Sequence record: PQ850628.1
DNA: 64,000 nucleotides
Direction: 5' to 3' (one strand)
Source of the DNA: Escherichia phage StefiGeyer_Bas88
A program made the position numbers and the translations under genes. Positions 46,677-56,524 of this stretch are shown here, piece by piece; the stretch's first letter is position 1; the number at the start of each line of letters is the position of its first letter. Below the pieces are notes generated by a model. It was not told where the DNA came from, did no database searches, and was given only the letters and a program-made list of their open reading frames with translations.

Positions 46677-48109
46677 GAGTTTCTGTTTCCTTGTACAGAT
46701 GATGCCAAATTGTTAATCATATTACGAGCTGTTTCACGAGTTAGTGTAACACCTGCTAAGTTGTTATGAAGTTCACCAGAGAGTTCACGAGCAGTAGCCC
46801 GAAGCTCTTCACCAAGTGAAGTGTTAGAGTGAGCCAAACCATTACGACGACCAACAGGTCGAGGAGTTTCGTTAGCGTCATTAGCTAAAGATGCAAAACC
46901 AATACGAGCAGCTTCACGAGCGGCTATAGCTGCTACCCGATCTTCCGTAGGGGTTGGCAAATCACCAACCCCTACACGTTCAATATCACTAGCACGTAGA
47001 CCCTGAGTAACAGATCTTACTGTTTCCCATGAACGACGAGAGCGCTGCAAATCATCCATTGATGGAGAAGAAACAGGACGAGCAGTTCCTCCTGAGACAT
47101 GCCATGTATGGTTATGCATTCCAGAAGATCGTGCACTACCAAAACTACCGGTGAAAGTATCACGAGGTGCCATTGTACTAGGGGCTGCGAATCTTGCCTG
47201 TTGCCAAGAGTCACGTCTGTCAGTTCCCGGAGTCCAAGGCTGCGTAATTGCTTCAACACCAATAGTGGTTAACTCACTAGACCAATCTGTCTGTAGGTTA
47301 ACTTCTTCATCCAGATAGATACGACCCGCTTCCTGAGGAATATTTAATACAGTTTCCATCATCTTCAAGGTGTAGTGGCGACGTTGATTCTGATACAAGT
47401 TTACACCAGCCATAGGCCCAACTAAATCACTGATCAGATGAACTTCTGGTTCACCAAAAGCTCCCATTGCAAGGTGCATATACTCAGTAGAACTGCTGTA
47501 AACTGCAACTGTTGCTTCAGGCCACTTTTTGTGGACATACTTCATGTCACGACTTGTCACCACAGGGATATCATTAGTATATGCCATTGCAAACATACCT
47601 TCGTTCGACACATACATATCATCGAGAGTCATAAACCCTTGACAGATCATAGGGAAGCGACCGCTCAGAGTATCCATATCCAGAGGAAGGTTAATCATCA
47701 TCTGAATCTTCACTTCATCAATCTCAATTTCCAGAATCTCTTGGAAAGTGAAAAGTGCGTCAGCATAAGTTGTCCCACTAACAGGCTGGACTAAACGAGA
47801 TGTAACTTGAAGTCCCTTACTCTCTGTCCAAGACAAGAAGTTGTCAAGGAACAGTGCAGCATTACCCACGTTAGCAGGGCTGTTTTCCTGACGAGTGTTC
47901 CAACGAAACCCTCCTTGAACTAGGAAGATATCAACATCATTCGGAGTTCGGTTCTGGAAGAACGTATCACGGATAGCACCACCTGCAATAACAGGATAAA
48001 TACCATCAGGGACTACGTTATCTCTGATCAAATTACGAATCAGGTCAAGCCCTACGCTGAGGGCTTCTCCTTCTTGAAGGTTCAATTCAGACAATGGAAT
48101 CTTAATCAT
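46673..48109 (-). CDS. nucleotidyltransferase (CCA-adding enzyme / poly(A) polymerase-like head domain) with low-complexity C-terminal region
   Basis: AGGAIRDTFFQNRTPNDVDIFLV matches the class II tRNA nucleotidyltransferase GGAVRD...DxD motif; C-terminal 200 aa Ser/Arg/Thr-rich. Confidence 0.5.
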   Translation of the reverse strand: MIKIPLSELNLQEGEALSVGLDLIRNLIRDNVVPDGIYPVIAGGAIRDTFFQNRTPNDVDIFLVQGGFRWNTRQENSPANVGNAALFLDNFLSWTESKGLQVTSRLVQPVSGTTYADALFTFQEILEIEIDEVKIQMMINLPLDMDTLSGRFPMICQGFMTLDDMYVSNEGMFAMAYTNDIPVVTSRDMKYVHKKWPEATVAVYSSSTEYMHLAMGAFGEPEVHLISDLVGPMAGVNLYQNQRRHYTLKMMETVLNIPQEAGRIYLDEEVNLQTDWSSELTTIGVEAITQPWTPGTDRRDSWQQARFAAPSTMAPRDTFTGSFGSARSSGMHNHTWHVSGGTARPVSSPSMDDLQRSRRSWETVRSVTQGLRASDIERVGVGDLPTPTEDRVAAIAAREAARIGFASLANDANETPRPVGRRNGLAHSNTSLGEELRATARELSGELHNNLAGVTLTRETARNMINNLASSVQGNRNS

Positions 48110-48111
48110 TT

Positions 48112-48660
48112 CTACATTTTCCAGTTGAGAGATGGGGGATTCTTATAATCAAATCCAGCCATTTGGCAAAGACACATGTAAACCTTAACTGTCAAGTTAA
48201 CGTCTTGCTCACAATACGTGAACATGTCTTCAGTGAAAGCATCCCATGCTTCTTCCTGCTCACCATAATCACCCTTTAGCTCACCCAGAAATTCGCCCCA
48301 TTGCTTGAGGCCATGACCACGAGGGCCATGTCTTGGGTCGCCTTTGGGATATTCTGGATTGTCTCCAATACGGTCAGGCTTGAGATAACGACTCAGGCAA
48401 AGTGTATCGAAAACATTGAAACGGAAGGGTGTTACATGAGAGTAGAATTTAAAGAGAGCTGGTAGGTCAAAATCTATGATATTGTGTCCTACAACTACAT
48501 CAGCTTCCTTCAGTTTGTGAAGAGCTTCTTCAATTTGGTGAGGGCGATACCCCCACCGCTCTCCTGAGAGAATATCAAATATCCAGATACACCAGACATT
48601 TTGGATACCCTCATAAAGATTATCACCCTCAATATCGAAGGCGAATATTTTCTTTACCAA
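48112..48660 (-). CDS. DEDD-type 3'-5' exonuclease (probable proofreading subunit)
   Basis: Exo [10 protein letters not shown], Exo [13 protein letters not shown], Exo [11 protein letters not shown]; immediately downstream of primase-helicase. Confidence 0.7.
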   Translation of the reverse strand: MVKKIFAFDIEGDNLYEGIQNVWCIWIFDILSGERWGYRPHQIEEALHKLKEADVVVGHNIIDFDLPALFKFYSHVTPFRFNVFDTLCLSRYLKPDRIGDNPEYPKGDPRHGPRGHGLKQWGEFLGELKGDYGEQEEAWDAFTEDMFTYCEQDVNLTVKVYMCLCQMAGFDYKNPPSLNWKM

Positions 48661-50444
48661 GGTCGTGCCTCCCCGTCTTGTGTTAGAAGGGAAGCTGCAT
48701 CTTCACCATTGGTTAAGACAAACGGATTAGCTTCATCAACTTCATGATCTTCTCGTTCTACAAGACGACCTGTTTCGTTGATGTATTTGGTGTAGCAAAC
48801 ACCTGTCTGACCATAGTTACGCTCCTTAAGGAGACGTATGATTGACAAATTCTTGCCTAACCCATCTGCTTGCTTATCTCGTTCAAAACCGATGATACAC
48901 TGACACCAACGCATCAGTGAACGTGAACCAGTGAACTGAACCTCTTTCACCTGTCCACCTTCTTCGTGAGGAGCACCACCTGCCGGAGCATTCAAGTGAG
49001 ATAATACAAAAGCAGTGAAGTCTAATTCCTTACACATACCAGCAAGCTCTGAGGCAATCTTACTGATTTCTGTATTCACTTCAGAAGGAGTTAGGTGAGA
49101 TACCAATGCAGTGATGTTATCAAGAATGATAAACTTACATTGATTCTCAACTACCCAAAAGCGAATACACTGCTTAATATCATCCCACTCATTCTGACCG
49201 AAGTTATCATACAAGAAGAATTTATCAGCATAACGAAGTGCTTCATCACGTAGCTGAGATTCCTCATATTCAACATCAGGTCGGTGGAAAGGTACAGATG
49301 CTGACTTACCTGCAATGTTTTTAACAGACATGCCTACCTTCTCTTCCAAGAAGAAGCCACCACCATTAAACCCATGTTCAAGGCAAAGCCATGCTACCAG
49401 TTCGTGTGCTATCAGGGTTTTACCTGAACCAACACCACCACCGATTGCAACCATCTCTCCCCAACGAATGCCGAAGGTCATTTCATTCAGAGTTTTCCAC
49501 GGATAAGGAATACCCCACTCTGCTTTCTTCAGAGCATCTTCTAAACAATCAAAGACAGTAACAGCACCAGCAGGTGATTCCCGCTTCGCTGAATACTTCA
49601 GATTGTTGAATAACTCTTGACCTCGACCAGCGAGTAACATGTCATTTGCATCTTTGATTTCCTTCTCTTGACCATTGTAAGCGAAGGTTCCTTTCGGAAT
49701 ACGAGCAAATTTAACATGGGGATATAATGCACGACCTTTAGTTAATGCAATCTCACCTGCATCATCATTATCCATGCAGAGCACAATCTCCTCAAAACCA
49801 TTCAAGAAGTCACGGTTACGTGAGAGAACGGAAGAGATTGAACCTGCACCAAACGGTAGAGATACACACGCAGGTTTGATGTTTGTAGCGTTCGTGAACG
49901 CAGTGAGCACATGGAAGCCAGACATACAAGAGAGTGGGTCTTCAAAGATGAAGAGTTTCTTGTTGTACACGTCACCACGTTGTGCTTGAGCCATACCGAA
50001 TAGGTCAGCTTCTTTAACACTGCCGATGTAATAGAATTTCTTGCTGTCTAGAAGCTTAACTTCATAGCCAACAATGTTTCCATCACGTTCACGAGGGAAG
50101 AAGTAACTATCAGGAGTTTGCCCATCTGTCTGACTCAAACCGATACGACATTCATATCGTTCAGAGACAGCTTTAGGAATCAAACGACGAGTAAGCTCAC
50201 CCTGAGGTAGCTCTAAGCAATCGTCTAAGATCTCTCGGAGTTCTTCAGGGGATAGTTCTTTCTTCTCATTCGGTGTAGGAGTTGTTCCCTTTTCGAAAAC
50301 TTCATAACTACCACAGCGATTACAACTGCCCCACTCTTCACCGGACTCTTCATTTCGGAAGAGAATCATGTGATTGTGGGTCTTATCACGACCATGAGAG
50401 ATACATTCTTTACAACCTGTATCCCCTAAAATGATCTTTGACAT
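48654..50444 (-). CDS. DNA primase-helicase (T7 gp4-like)
   Basis: N-terminal zinc finger CKEC...CNRCGS, TOPRIM-like MDNDDAG, Walker [10 protein letters not shown], Walker B FIILDNI. Confidence 0.85.
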   Translation of the reverse strand: MSKIILGDTGCKECISHGRDKTHNHMILFRNEESGEEWGSCNRCGSYEVFEKGTTPTPNEKKELSPEELREILDDCLELPQGELTRRLIPKAVSERYECRIGLSQTDGQTPDSYFFPRERDGNIVGYEVKLLDSKKFYYIGSVKEADLFGMAQAQRGDVYNKKLFIFEDPLSCMSGFHVLTAFTNATNIKPACVSLPFGAGSISSVLSRNRDFLNGFEEIVLCMDNDDAGEIALTKGRALYPHVKFARIPKGTFAYNGQEKEIKDANDMLLAGRGQELFNNLKYSAKRESPAGAVTVFDCLEDALKKAEWGIPYPWKTLNEMTFGIRWGEMVAIGGGVGSGKTLIAHELVAWLCLEHGFNGGGFFLEEKVGMSVKNIAGKSASVPFHRPDVEYEESQLRDEALRYADKFFLYDNFGQNEWDDIKQCIRFWVVENQCKFIILDNITALVSHLTPSEVNTEISKIASELAGMCKELDFTAFVLSHLNAPAGGAPHEEGGQVKEVQFTGSRSLMRWCQCIIGFERDKQADGLGKNLSIIRLLKERNYGQTGVCYTKYINETGRLVEREDHEVDEANPFVLTNGEDAASLLTQDGEARPW

Positions 50445-50480
50445 GCTCTATCCTCCTTGGAATTCCTTGAGCAGACTTCT

Positions 50481-50687
50481 TCAATAAAACGAACGTATTT
50501 CTTCCCACACATCATCTTGAAGATTTTTAAAACCCTGTAAAGCTGATTGGGTTCTCATGATAAAGTCTTCAGAATGTTTATTGCGGTCAAGCATACTGAC
50601 AAACTTGTCATAGCGGTTAATCTTCCACCGTAACTTTAAGTAGTCAGACTCGAGCTTTCTCAGCTTCTGTCGCTCAGTTACTGTCAT
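50481..50687 (-). CDS. hypothetical protein
   Basis: Start taken as internal ATG at 50687 (track start 50786 overlaps the upstream gene by about 110 nt). Confidence 0.35.
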   Translation of the reverse strand: MTVTERQKLRKLESDYLKLRWKINRYDKFVSMLDRNKHSEDFIMRTQSALQGFKNLQDDVWEEIRSFY

Positions 50688-51105
50688 CCTGATCACCTGC
50701 CAGATACGCTGTCCAGTCGCCAGATTCAACCAAAACATCTTGTTCTTCGTCGATATGATAAATCCATGCTTCCACAGTCTCGCCATTATCCAGCACCACT
50801 GGAATCAGTGTACGATTGTAGAAAGTGTATGGATTGTCTTTACCACGATAACCTTCCAGACCGTCATACGGACCTTCCAGACCAGCTTGGGTTGTTTCAA
50901 AGACTTCTACACGAACAGGCTTGCCATTGCTGTCATGCACCAGAGATACACTTGGGAAGTATGCTGTGCAATACTGATACAGGTTACAGTTGTTCACTGT
51001 CCAACCTTCACCAATAGACACACCACCTGCACGAGCATTGATAGCGTGGTTGTGTTGACCTTTACGAAGAGAACCATACGTTGCAACTAATACTTTATCA
51101 GACAT
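50674..51105 (-). CDS. gamma-glutamyl cyclotransferase-like (AIG2/GGACT fold) protein
   Basis: N-terminal YGSL motif (VLVATYGSLRKG), about 143 aa, downstream acidic residues consistent with GGCT-like fold. Confidence 0.55.
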   Translation of the reverse strand: MSDKVLVATYGSLRKGQHNHAINARAGGVSIGEGWTVNNCNLYQYCTAYFPSVSLVHDSNGKPVRVEVFETTQAGLEGPYDGLEGYRGKDNPYTFYNRTLIPVVLDNGETVEAWIYHIDEEQDVLVESGDWTAYLAGDQDDSN

Positions 51106-51140
51106 TATATTACCTTTTGTGTTTCAGTTAAATTCGAACT

Positions 51141-51162
51141 AGCCTCCTCTTTCGAAGAGGCT
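51141..51162 (-). other. stable RNA hairpin with GNRA tetraloop, no U-tract
   Basis: Minus-strand RNA AGCCUCUUC-GAAA-GAGGAGGCU (9-bp stem, one G-U) in the intergenic gap between 51171-51356 and the GGCT-like gene. Confidence 0.35.
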
Positions 51163-51170
51163 AAAGCAAA

Positions 51171-51356
51171 TTATTCTACTTCGAAGTGTTTGATCACACC
51201 AGTCAATACATCAGATTGGAACGTACCTACTAACTCTGCGCCTCGGAAGAAATTGACATTTGTTCCAAGTGTTTCAAAGCGTTCTGCTTGAATGTCCAGA
51301 GATTGAATATTCCCTTCTGAGTTTACTGTACGAAACATGATTGTGTATTTATTCAC
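51171..51356 (-). CDS. hypothetical protein
   Basis: 61-aa ORF, ATGA coupling with the upstream gene. Confidence 0.35.
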   Translation of the reverse strand: MNKYTIMFRTVNSEGNIQSLDIQAERFETLGTNVNFFRGAELVGTFQSDVLTGVIKHFEVE

Positions 51357-51595
51357 AGAGTTGTTACTCCCTTATCTTCTTGTGCAATTGCGATGATACG
51401 CTCAACACATTCCATTGAATATTTATCACCTCGTTTAAGGAAGGTGACAATTGCAGAGAACTGATTACCAATCATTCTCTTGTTTGTGATTCCAAACTCT
51501 TCACAGAGTTGGTTAATAGCTTTACGAGAACCAACAATCAGAGGTTCTTTTTGTTCGGTCATTCCACGACTGATCAAATCTTCGATAGACAACAT
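51353..51595 (-). CDS. hypothetical protein
   Basis: 80-aa ORF. Confidence 0.4.
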   Translation of the reverse strand: MLSIEDLISRGMTEQKEPLIVGSRKAINQLCEEFGITNKRMIGNQFSAIVTFLKRGDKYSMECVERIIAIAQEDKGVTTL

Positions 51596-51615
51596 TACAA
51601 ATTCCTTTTGTTTAA

Positions 51616-52863
51616 TTACAGAGTTACTGCTACTTCACTACCTTCAACAGTTACAGACTCTAACTTACGAGGGTTGTGGACTTGTTGCGGATGAACCGGA
51701 ACGTTCCAGCCACTGCGGTAGAAGTTACGACCATCGCAGAACAGAATGACATTGGCAGACATTGCATTAGGTTGCAGGTTGTTATGAACATGACGAATAT
51801 CTGCAATCCAGTAACCACGAGACAACACATAACCAGTAGGTGCATTACGGATTGTCTGAGTATTCATCTGACCTTCCAGTTGCATTTCTTCAGGAACTAC
51901 ATCCACTGAATCAACCGGCTGTGCGACTTGGCCTTCCAGTGCGAAGTTTTCATCATCAGCACTTTCACTGTCAGCAACCAATTCACCATCTCCATCTTCA
52001 ATTGGAGCTTCAACAGGTGTTGCATAAACCACTTTATACTGAGGAGTATAGAGAGGGTTTTGAGCTTTAACAAACTCAAGGATATTGTGACGGTAGATAT
52101 CCAGAGTTGTGCCAGTTAGGCCCGGTGCTGTATTAACTTCCAGTACCCATGCTTCTTGACCTTTGGTGATGATATCAACTGCACCGAAATCTAGACCCAT
52201 TGATTCAACAGCTTTCACTGCGTTGATCAGAGAGGCATCGTTCGGAACGTCTGTGAAGGAACTTGAGTAAACCCAACCAGTGTGATGGTTACGAACATCT
52301 TCACGATAGTTAGGGTCTTCACGATAACCGTTACGACGAATCTTTTTCTGAACATAGGTGATAGCACCTTTGAACACATGGACACGCCATTCACGACGTG
52401 GGCCTAGAATACCTTTGGTGTACAGTTCAGCTTGACCAACTGAATCACGAGGCTCTACAACAATGATACCTGAACCAGAGTGACCAGTCAGTTCATGACG
52501 TTCATACACAATGTTGCCAGAGTTTGACCACTCCTGAGCAGTTGATTGAACATCTGTATACTCAACAGTTTTAACACCTGCTTGGTCCATTACACTGAAA
52601 GCGCGACGTTTGTTCGCTGCCATATGTAAGGCTGCGGTACGGTTAAGAACAGTTGCAGAACCAAAGAAGGATTCAGGATAGCGACGGTTCCCGTAGTTCA
52701 CAACCACATCACCCTCACGAGAACGCCAGCGACTGTTCTCTGAAAGAAGACCCATTACGTTAGCGTTGATACGTTCATCACGGATAGTATCGTTAATGGC
52801 AGTTACCAGAGCGTTAACAGAATCAGAAGGGCCATACGGAAGAACACGGATACGAGTAGTCAT
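51616..52863 (-). CDS. ATP-grasp family ligase with C-terminal extension
   Basis: RimK/glutathione-synthetase-like core incl. AWVLEVNTAPGL; about 150-aa acidic C-terminal extension. Confidence 0.6.
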   Translation of the reverse strand: MTTRIRVLPYGPSDSVNALVTAINDTIRDERINANVMGLLSENSRWRSREGDVVVNYGNRRYPESFFGSATVLNRTAALHMAANKRRAFSVMDQAGVKTVEYTDVQSTAQEWSNSGNIVYERHELTGHSGSGIIVVEPRDSVGQAELYTKGILGPRREWRVHVFKGAITYVQKKIRRNGYREDPNYREDVRNHHTGWVYSSSFTDVPNDASLINAVKAVESMGLDFGAVDIITKGQEAWVLEVNTAPGLTGTTLDIYRHNILEFVKAQNPLYTPQYKVVYATPVEAPIEDGDGELVADSESADDENFALEGQVAQPVDSVDVVPEEMQLEGQMNTQTIRNAPTGYVLSRGYWIADIRHVHNNLQPNAMSANVILFCDGRNFYRSGWNVPVHPQQVHNPRKLESVTVEGSEVAVTL

Positions 52864-52865
52864 TT

Positions 52866-53096
52866 TTAGATACCTTTTAGTTTAAGAATTTCGTTACGAC
52901 AGGATTGAATTTTAACTTCGATTTCCCAATACTTGGCGAACATCTCGTCTTCTTGGTCATCGCTTGGTGAATCAATTAGGTTAAAAGCAAACGGATACAG
53001 CTTTCGCTGCTCCGTTACCAGTTGTTGAAGTCGGAGTTGTTGATACTCCAGCATTGTCAGGTGAGGCTTAGCTCCCTTGCTTGACATGAGGCTCAA
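52866..53096 (-). CDS. hypothetical protein
   Basis: 76-aa ORF within cassette. Confidence 0.35.
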   Translation of the reverse strand: MSLMSSKGAKPHLTMLEYQQLRLQQLVTEQRKLYPFAFNLIDSPSDDQEDEMFAKYWEIEVKIQSCRNEILKLKGI

Positions 53097-53301
53097 CTTT
53101 AATCCCCTTCAATTTCACATAGTCAGCCAACACGTTGTTGATAACGGTTGGGAAAGGGATTTCAACTGGAGAGTTAACCAGTCCCCCAATACCTTCTTGC
53201 ATCCATTTCTGAATAGCTCGAAGGTTATCACATCCTGTGCTTGTCATTGGGATACGTCGAGTGGTTACAACGTTATCCAACATCAATTTACGAACTTCCA
53301 T
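53068..53301 (-). CDS. hypothetical protein
   Basis: 77-aa ORF within cassette. Confidence 0.35.
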   Translation of the reverse strand: MEVRKLMLDNVVTTRRIPMTSTGCDNLRAIQKWMQEGIGGLVNSPVEIPFPTVINNVLADYVKLKGIKVEPHVKQGS

Positions 53302-53312
53302 AACTTCACCTC

Positions 53313-55346
53313 TTAATGTTTACCTTTACAGTAATCTGAATTACAGATCACCCTGTTTTCTTTGTTTAGTGAGCAAATTTCTGCATCACGCCACGGAATT
53401 TGTTTATAACAGACCGCACAAAACCCAATTGAAGTCCAGAGGGCTTTTGTGAACTCAGCTGTTCGTTGTCCGTCGTAACTGACAACTGTTTTTCGGAGAG
53501 TTGTTTGCTTTTCTGGAAATGTTTCCGCTTTCTCAGCGGGCACCTCCTTTGGGGCATTCTTTGGACCATAAACAGAGATGGCATAGGTATCGCCACCACG
53601 TTTTTCCAAATAAGAGTTTGGAACATCAGACAGCTCAATATCACCAGAACGTTTAGCTGAACTAGCCATTACAGTCATTCGGCTAAGCATACGCTGATCA
53701 ACACGAACTGCTACTTCAGGGCGACGTGGGTTAGTTGTGTCGACTGCTTTAGTCCAAATGTAACCTTCAGACAATGTAGTGTTAGTCACTTTGTCTTTGA
53801 TTTCTTTGGCACAGACATAACAAATATCTTCACCACGAAGTTTACTCATTTCGTTATCAAACTCGAAATCAGTTTTAACATTGCCACATACAGCACAGAC
53901 ACCTAAAGGAATGTCTTCATCTTCTTCAGACGGTTTGGACAACGCTTCGAAACAGGCCGGATGCCAATATGCTTGGTAAGCGAACACAGCTTTCTTAGCA
54001 TCTTTCCATTCAATGTGCTTGTCACAACCGCCACAATCACCATGAGAATGTGATTCCCAGAACTTACGGGTGACTTCCACACCATTCTTAGTGATGAAGG
54101 AGTCTTCTAAATCAAAAGGGATATCATCATCAAAATCAGCGGTGGTGCTTTGAGGCTCCTTATCGGTAGCATCAACAAACAGCCCTGAAGTGAGTACGAG
54201 GCGAATCATACTGTCCACTTCGGAGATACAAGCAACCGTCCCGCGATACACCACCTTTGGGTTTTCGAGAGCCTTCAAGTATTCACTCTTGGCTACATTA
54301 TGAACATCACCCTCAACATACTCTTGAGCAGCATCATCATAAATATAACCAACCATCTTACCACGGTCAGTGTTGTTGTAAGCGTGGAACTCGTGAGGGA
54401 TGATATCCACACGACCGTCACGACGATACGGAAGACCACGATCGGCAGCCAGTTTATTCTGATCTTCAATCGCTTTACGACGACGAATGTCTCCGCTTGT
54501 CACGCCGGGCTTGTCGTCTTTGTTTCCGTAAATGTCGCTTGTGCTGCTGCTTGACTTGTTTGTCTGTTGGTTCTGATATAGAGAGGAGTTCGAGTAATAG
54601 CCGCCCCAGCGACTCGTTACCGTAAAAACCGGAAGCTTGTGCTCCACCTCTTGAGTCAGAGTCATACGGTTGCCAGACAAATCAAAGATGTATTCAGTTC
54701 CCACTTTACACTCAAAGTGATCATTGATACGGTTCTTGTGTGACTTGGAACGATTAAGAATCCACATCAACATATCTTCTTCAGAAGCACCAAACCAATC
54801 CAGACCACAACGGGCCAGATGGAAAGGACGTTCATCGTTACGAATGATATGCAGAGTATTGTCTTTGGCGTCATGCCAGATTAAAGTGAACGCACCATCC
54901 AACTTCTGGATAGTCTCTGCTGCGCCGATGGTGTTGATTGAATGACAGATGTTTTCGCTATCAACTTCGAAATTCTTATGATCTGGTAACAGTTCCTGAT
55001 CTAACAGTGTACCATTATGAACCAGAGTAATGTCACCATGAGAGAATGGGTGAGCATTTCGAGCATTGACAGCACCACGTGTGGCATGTCGGCTATGACC
55101 AACAATCCACGATGGAGGAACTACATAGTTCGTAAGCCCCTTAGTAAGATTCGTGTACCCTGTCTGGAGCATGAAGGCATAGGAAGGAAGTGCTTCTTTA
55201 TAAGAAAATACTTTTTCATCACCTTTACGCTGACCGAACACACCAGTTGAGTGCTGACCACGGAAGACTCCAGCATACAGAAGCTGGTTGAATACGTCTA
55301 AGTCTGTGGAGGTCATGTTGCCCCCAGCTAATACGATACCACAAAT
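53313..55346 (-). CDS. class-II (Ntn-type) glutamine amidotransferase with C-terminal zinc-ribbon region; probable non-AUG start
   Basis: HSRHATRGAVNARNAHPF...HNGTL GATase-II motifs; the conserved catalytic N-terminus CGIVLAGGN lies upstream of the first in-frame ATG (55316), reached only via ATT at 55346-55344, itself preceded by AGGTGG; C-terminal Cys clusters CGGC...CAVCGN...CYVC...CAVC...CNSDYC. Confidence 0.65.
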   Translation of the reverse strand: MCGIVLAGGNMTSTDLDVFNQLLYAGVFRGQHSTGVFGQRKGDEKVFSYKEALPSYAFMLQTGYTNLTKGLTNYVVPPSWIVGHSRHATRGAVNARNAHPFSHGDITLVHNGTLLDQELLPDHKNFEVDSENICHSINTIGAAETIQKLDGAFTLIWHDAKDNTLHIIRNDERPFHLARCGLDWFGASEEDMLMWILNRSKSHKNRINDHFECKVGTEYIFDLSGNRMTLTQEVEHKLPVFTVTSRWGGYYSNSSLYQNQQTNKSSSSTSDIYGNKDDKPGVTSGDIRRRKAIEDQNKLAADRGLPYRRDGRVDIIPHEFHAYNNTDRGKMVGYIYDDAAQEYVEGDVHNVAKSEYLKALENPKVVYRGTVACISEVDSMIRLVLTSGLFVDATDKEPQSTTADFDDDIPFDLEDSFITKNGVEVTRKFWESHSHGDCGGCDKHIEWKDAKKAVFAYQAYWHPACFEALSKPSEEDEDIPLGVCAVCGNVKTDFEFDNEMSKLRGEDICYVCAKEIKDKVTNTTLSEGYIWTKAVDTTNPRRPEVAVRVDQRMLSRMTVMASSAKRSGDIELSDVPNSYLEKRGGDTYAISVYGPKNAPKEVPAEKAETFPEKQTTLRKTVVSYDGQRTAEFTKALWTSIGFCAVCYKQIPWRDAEICSLNKENRVICNSDYCKGKH

Positions 55347-55423
55347 TTTCTAATCCACCTGAAGGGTAAACCCTTTCATCTAATTAACCTTTAAATGCGC
55401 CCTTTATCAGAGCGCCCATTGTG

Positions 55424-56524
55424 TTACAGCAGTCGTTCTAATTGCATTTCCAGATGGTCTGGAATGTAATCGGTGATGTTATTATCACTGCTACCTGATT
55501 CACGCATCAGAGCAAACATGTGACGAATTTCACGAACCGTTGCGATTCGAGTGTTTTCAATCTGAGGGGTGTAATAGGTCATGATCTCTTCATAAACAGA
55601 GTTAGCATTACCTCGTACATATCCCAAGAAACCGTAGAAGTCACCCATGTCACGCAAGTTGATAAGGATTTCACCATCAGGTCCAGTCTGCTGTACACGA
55701 ACACGACCAACCAGAGTAACAGAATGTTCACGACAGAACAGAATATCACGAGCCAAACGATAACCGCCAGTCAGGTCATCATCATTAGGTGTGTAGTCCA
55801 GAGGCAGATACTGAATCATAGGAGCGAAGCGTAGCTCATTCAGTTTCTCAACATATGCTTCATTGTCCAAATCTGCATACTCAACAGCTAGTTTCTTGAG
55901 AACCAAGAAGCGGTTGACCAGATTAAGGAGTTGGCTTTTCTTCCACTTTGGCTCTGAGATACGAAATTCAACAGAACCAAACTGAGCCAGAGGTAATAGG
56001 TTAAGGGAGGTGTACTTGTCCCAGCTATTAACAAGAGTATTGAAGAAGGCTTCACCATCTCGGTTGAACGCTGCGGAAGCATTCATTACCTGTGCTTGAA
56101 CAACAGCAAAGGCAGGACAGAAGTTGCTACGATAGCGATGGTATCCAGAACATTTGAACATCATCTTTTCATAGAACGTCCATCCAAGAATTACTTTCTT
56201 CAGGATGTTACTATCAGCGTCACGCATATCCATATGAACGTGAGTAGAGCAGCGCCAAGTCCCTTCAGCTTCAGAGTCTTGTACTGCTTCACTCAGATTG
56301 TTAATAGCACTAAGCAATTCTACACCGTTATAAGGCCGTGCACAAACCATCTCACAGCCATCACGAAGTGAACCATCTTCAGTACAAACCCAAAGGTCTG
56401 CATCAATTTCAGAGGTTCCTTCAACTTCCAGCTCGATGCCAATACCACACTGAAAAGCGATGCTTGGGTGCGGCTCAGCCAGACGAGCATTACGGTATCC
56501 AAAAACTTGTGCTACGGTTGTCAT
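55424..56524 (-). CDS. glutamine-synthetase-like carboxylate-amine ligase (amidoligase)
   Basis: GIGIELEVEG and RCSTHVHMD resemble GCS2/YbdK-type amidoligase motifs. Confidence 0.5.
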   Translation of the reverse strand: MTTVAQVFGYRNARLAEPHPSIAFQCGIGIELEVEGTSEIDADLWVCTEDGSLRDGCEMVCARPYNGVELLSAINNLSEAVQDSEAEGTWRCSTHVHMDMRDADSNILKKVILGWTFYEKMMFKCSGYHRYRSNFCPAFAVVQAQVMNASAAFNRDGEAFFNTLVNSWDKYTSLNLLPLAQFGSVEFRISEPKWKKSQLLNLVNRFLVLKKLAVEYADLDNEAYVEKLNELRFAPMIQYLPLDYTPNDDDLTGGYRLARDILFCREHSVTLVGRVRVQQTGPDGEILINLRDMGDFYGFLGYVRGNANSVYEEIMTYYTPQIENTRIATVREIRHMFALMRESGSSDNNITDYIPDHLEMQLERLL

